Part shown: in pieces, positions 63,453 to 64,000 of the stretch
Position numbering within the stretch: position 1 is the first letter of the stretch
How the letters are laid out: every line of letters starts with the position of its first letter
NCBI GenBank assembly: GCA_038209745.1
Contig: JBBQXJ010000003.1
Span: forward strand, 38,171 to 102,170
Source of the DNA: Verrucomicrobiota bacterium
Lineage (GTDB): Bacteria > Verrucomicrobiota > Verrucomicrobiia > Limisphaerales > CANJSG01
DNA: 64,000 nucleotides
Direction: 5' to 3'
The notes under the pieces: model-generated
Told to the model about the DNA's origin: nothing
Seen by the model: the letters and a program-made list of their open reading frames with translations, nothing else
Databases searched by the model: none
Position numbers and translations under genes: made by a program

Positions 63453-64000
63453 TTTAAGGGCAGGAGAGTGGCGGCAACCGTCGGTTCGTGTCGAGTGGCC
63501 AGTCGGTGAGCGGCTTGAAGCGGAAGGGGGCTGACGACGGATCGCCGAAACGAGATTTCGGAGATTGTTTCCTTGCCGATCCCAGGACGAGGAACTATTC
63601 CCACCCCGCTCTTTGAATCGATACGGGAATGGTCCGCCATTCCCAACGTGAATGCAGGAGGGAACCCCGTGGGAATCGGGGACGGTTGCGCCACTGTAAC
63701 GGGTTACAAGCTCCCAAGAGCCACTGGAACGGAGACGTTCTGGGAAGGCGGGAGCGAGGTTTGAGGCCCGGAGTCAGGATATCGATCGCACTCACGCTCG
63801 TCAGGATTCCGCCCGGCTCTTCGCCGGGCGTGGTCCGCTTCTCCGCCAAAGAGAAGGACGGGGCCAGAGAAACCGCCCGTTGCGGTTTCGTTTGCGTCTT
63901 CGTTCGCCTTCATACTTCCGGCCGGGTGATGAAGGCATTTTTTATGTCCATCCCGGCCGAACGCACTGGTCTCCGCCGCTTAAACCCGGCTTCCGCACGC

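Noticed and set aside
63453-63560. ZTP (pfl) riboswitch in the purM leader
   Set aside because: The minus strand contains GACTGGCC, but the rest of the consensus is missing (GGGUCGUGACUGGCGAAC ... CCGCCUGGGC pseudoknot partner).
63976-63995. AAACCCGGCTT resembling the RNase P RNA ACAGAACCCGGCUUA block
   Set aside because: No GGAAAGUCCGGGC-like block or other conserved RNase P regions are visible upstream on either strand.
63929-64000. Possible start of a plus-strand CDS (MKAFFMSIPAERTGLRRLNPASAR...) running off the window
   Set aside because: Only 24 codons are visible, the GC3 bias is weak and no recognisable motif is present. This is too little evidence to call.

Overview
The window is GC-rich with a strong GC3 bias, which produces many long antisense shadow ORFs. 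Gene content suggests a Verrucomicrobiota (Opitutae-like) chromosome: PEP-CTERM tails, prepilin-type H-X9-DG-like proteins, LamG and CBM giants, DUF1348 and DUF3472. That assignment is inference only. I support about 55 protein-coding genes, 4 decayed genes, 5 hairpin-plus-T-run terminators and several repeats or palindromes. I found no rRNA, tRNA or CRISPR array. Housekeeping genes (mtnA, deoC, rpoZ, smpB, rpmB, rsgA, infA, purM) alternate with envelope and secretome modules. Most worth follow-up: (1) an orphan four-gene minor-pilin-like module plus a TPR gene at 11.8-16.8 kb, with no ATPase, platform or secretin nearby. (2) A sigma-54 activator whose GAF domain carries a C-x2-C-x5-C-x5-C insert, divergent from a three-gene redox operon, with a 15-bp palindrome, a weak -24/-12 candidate and a G8 tract between them (44.3-47.9 kb). 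(3) A 985-aa secreted protein made of three [Ig-like + CBM6-like] units, next to a Y_Y_Y-type two-component system and a glycosidase-like gene (54.6-61.7 kb). (4) A 157-bp element bounded by 29-nt inverted repeats (8450-8606). (5) A hairpin-dense 480-nt non-coding stretch upstream of purM. (6) Four decayed genes: a GH28 remnant and a tyrosine-recombinase remnant at 24.5-26.4 kb, and a sulfotransferase and a propeller-LuxR gene at 41.5-43.2 kb. All family calls rest on motifs read by eye; no database search was run.
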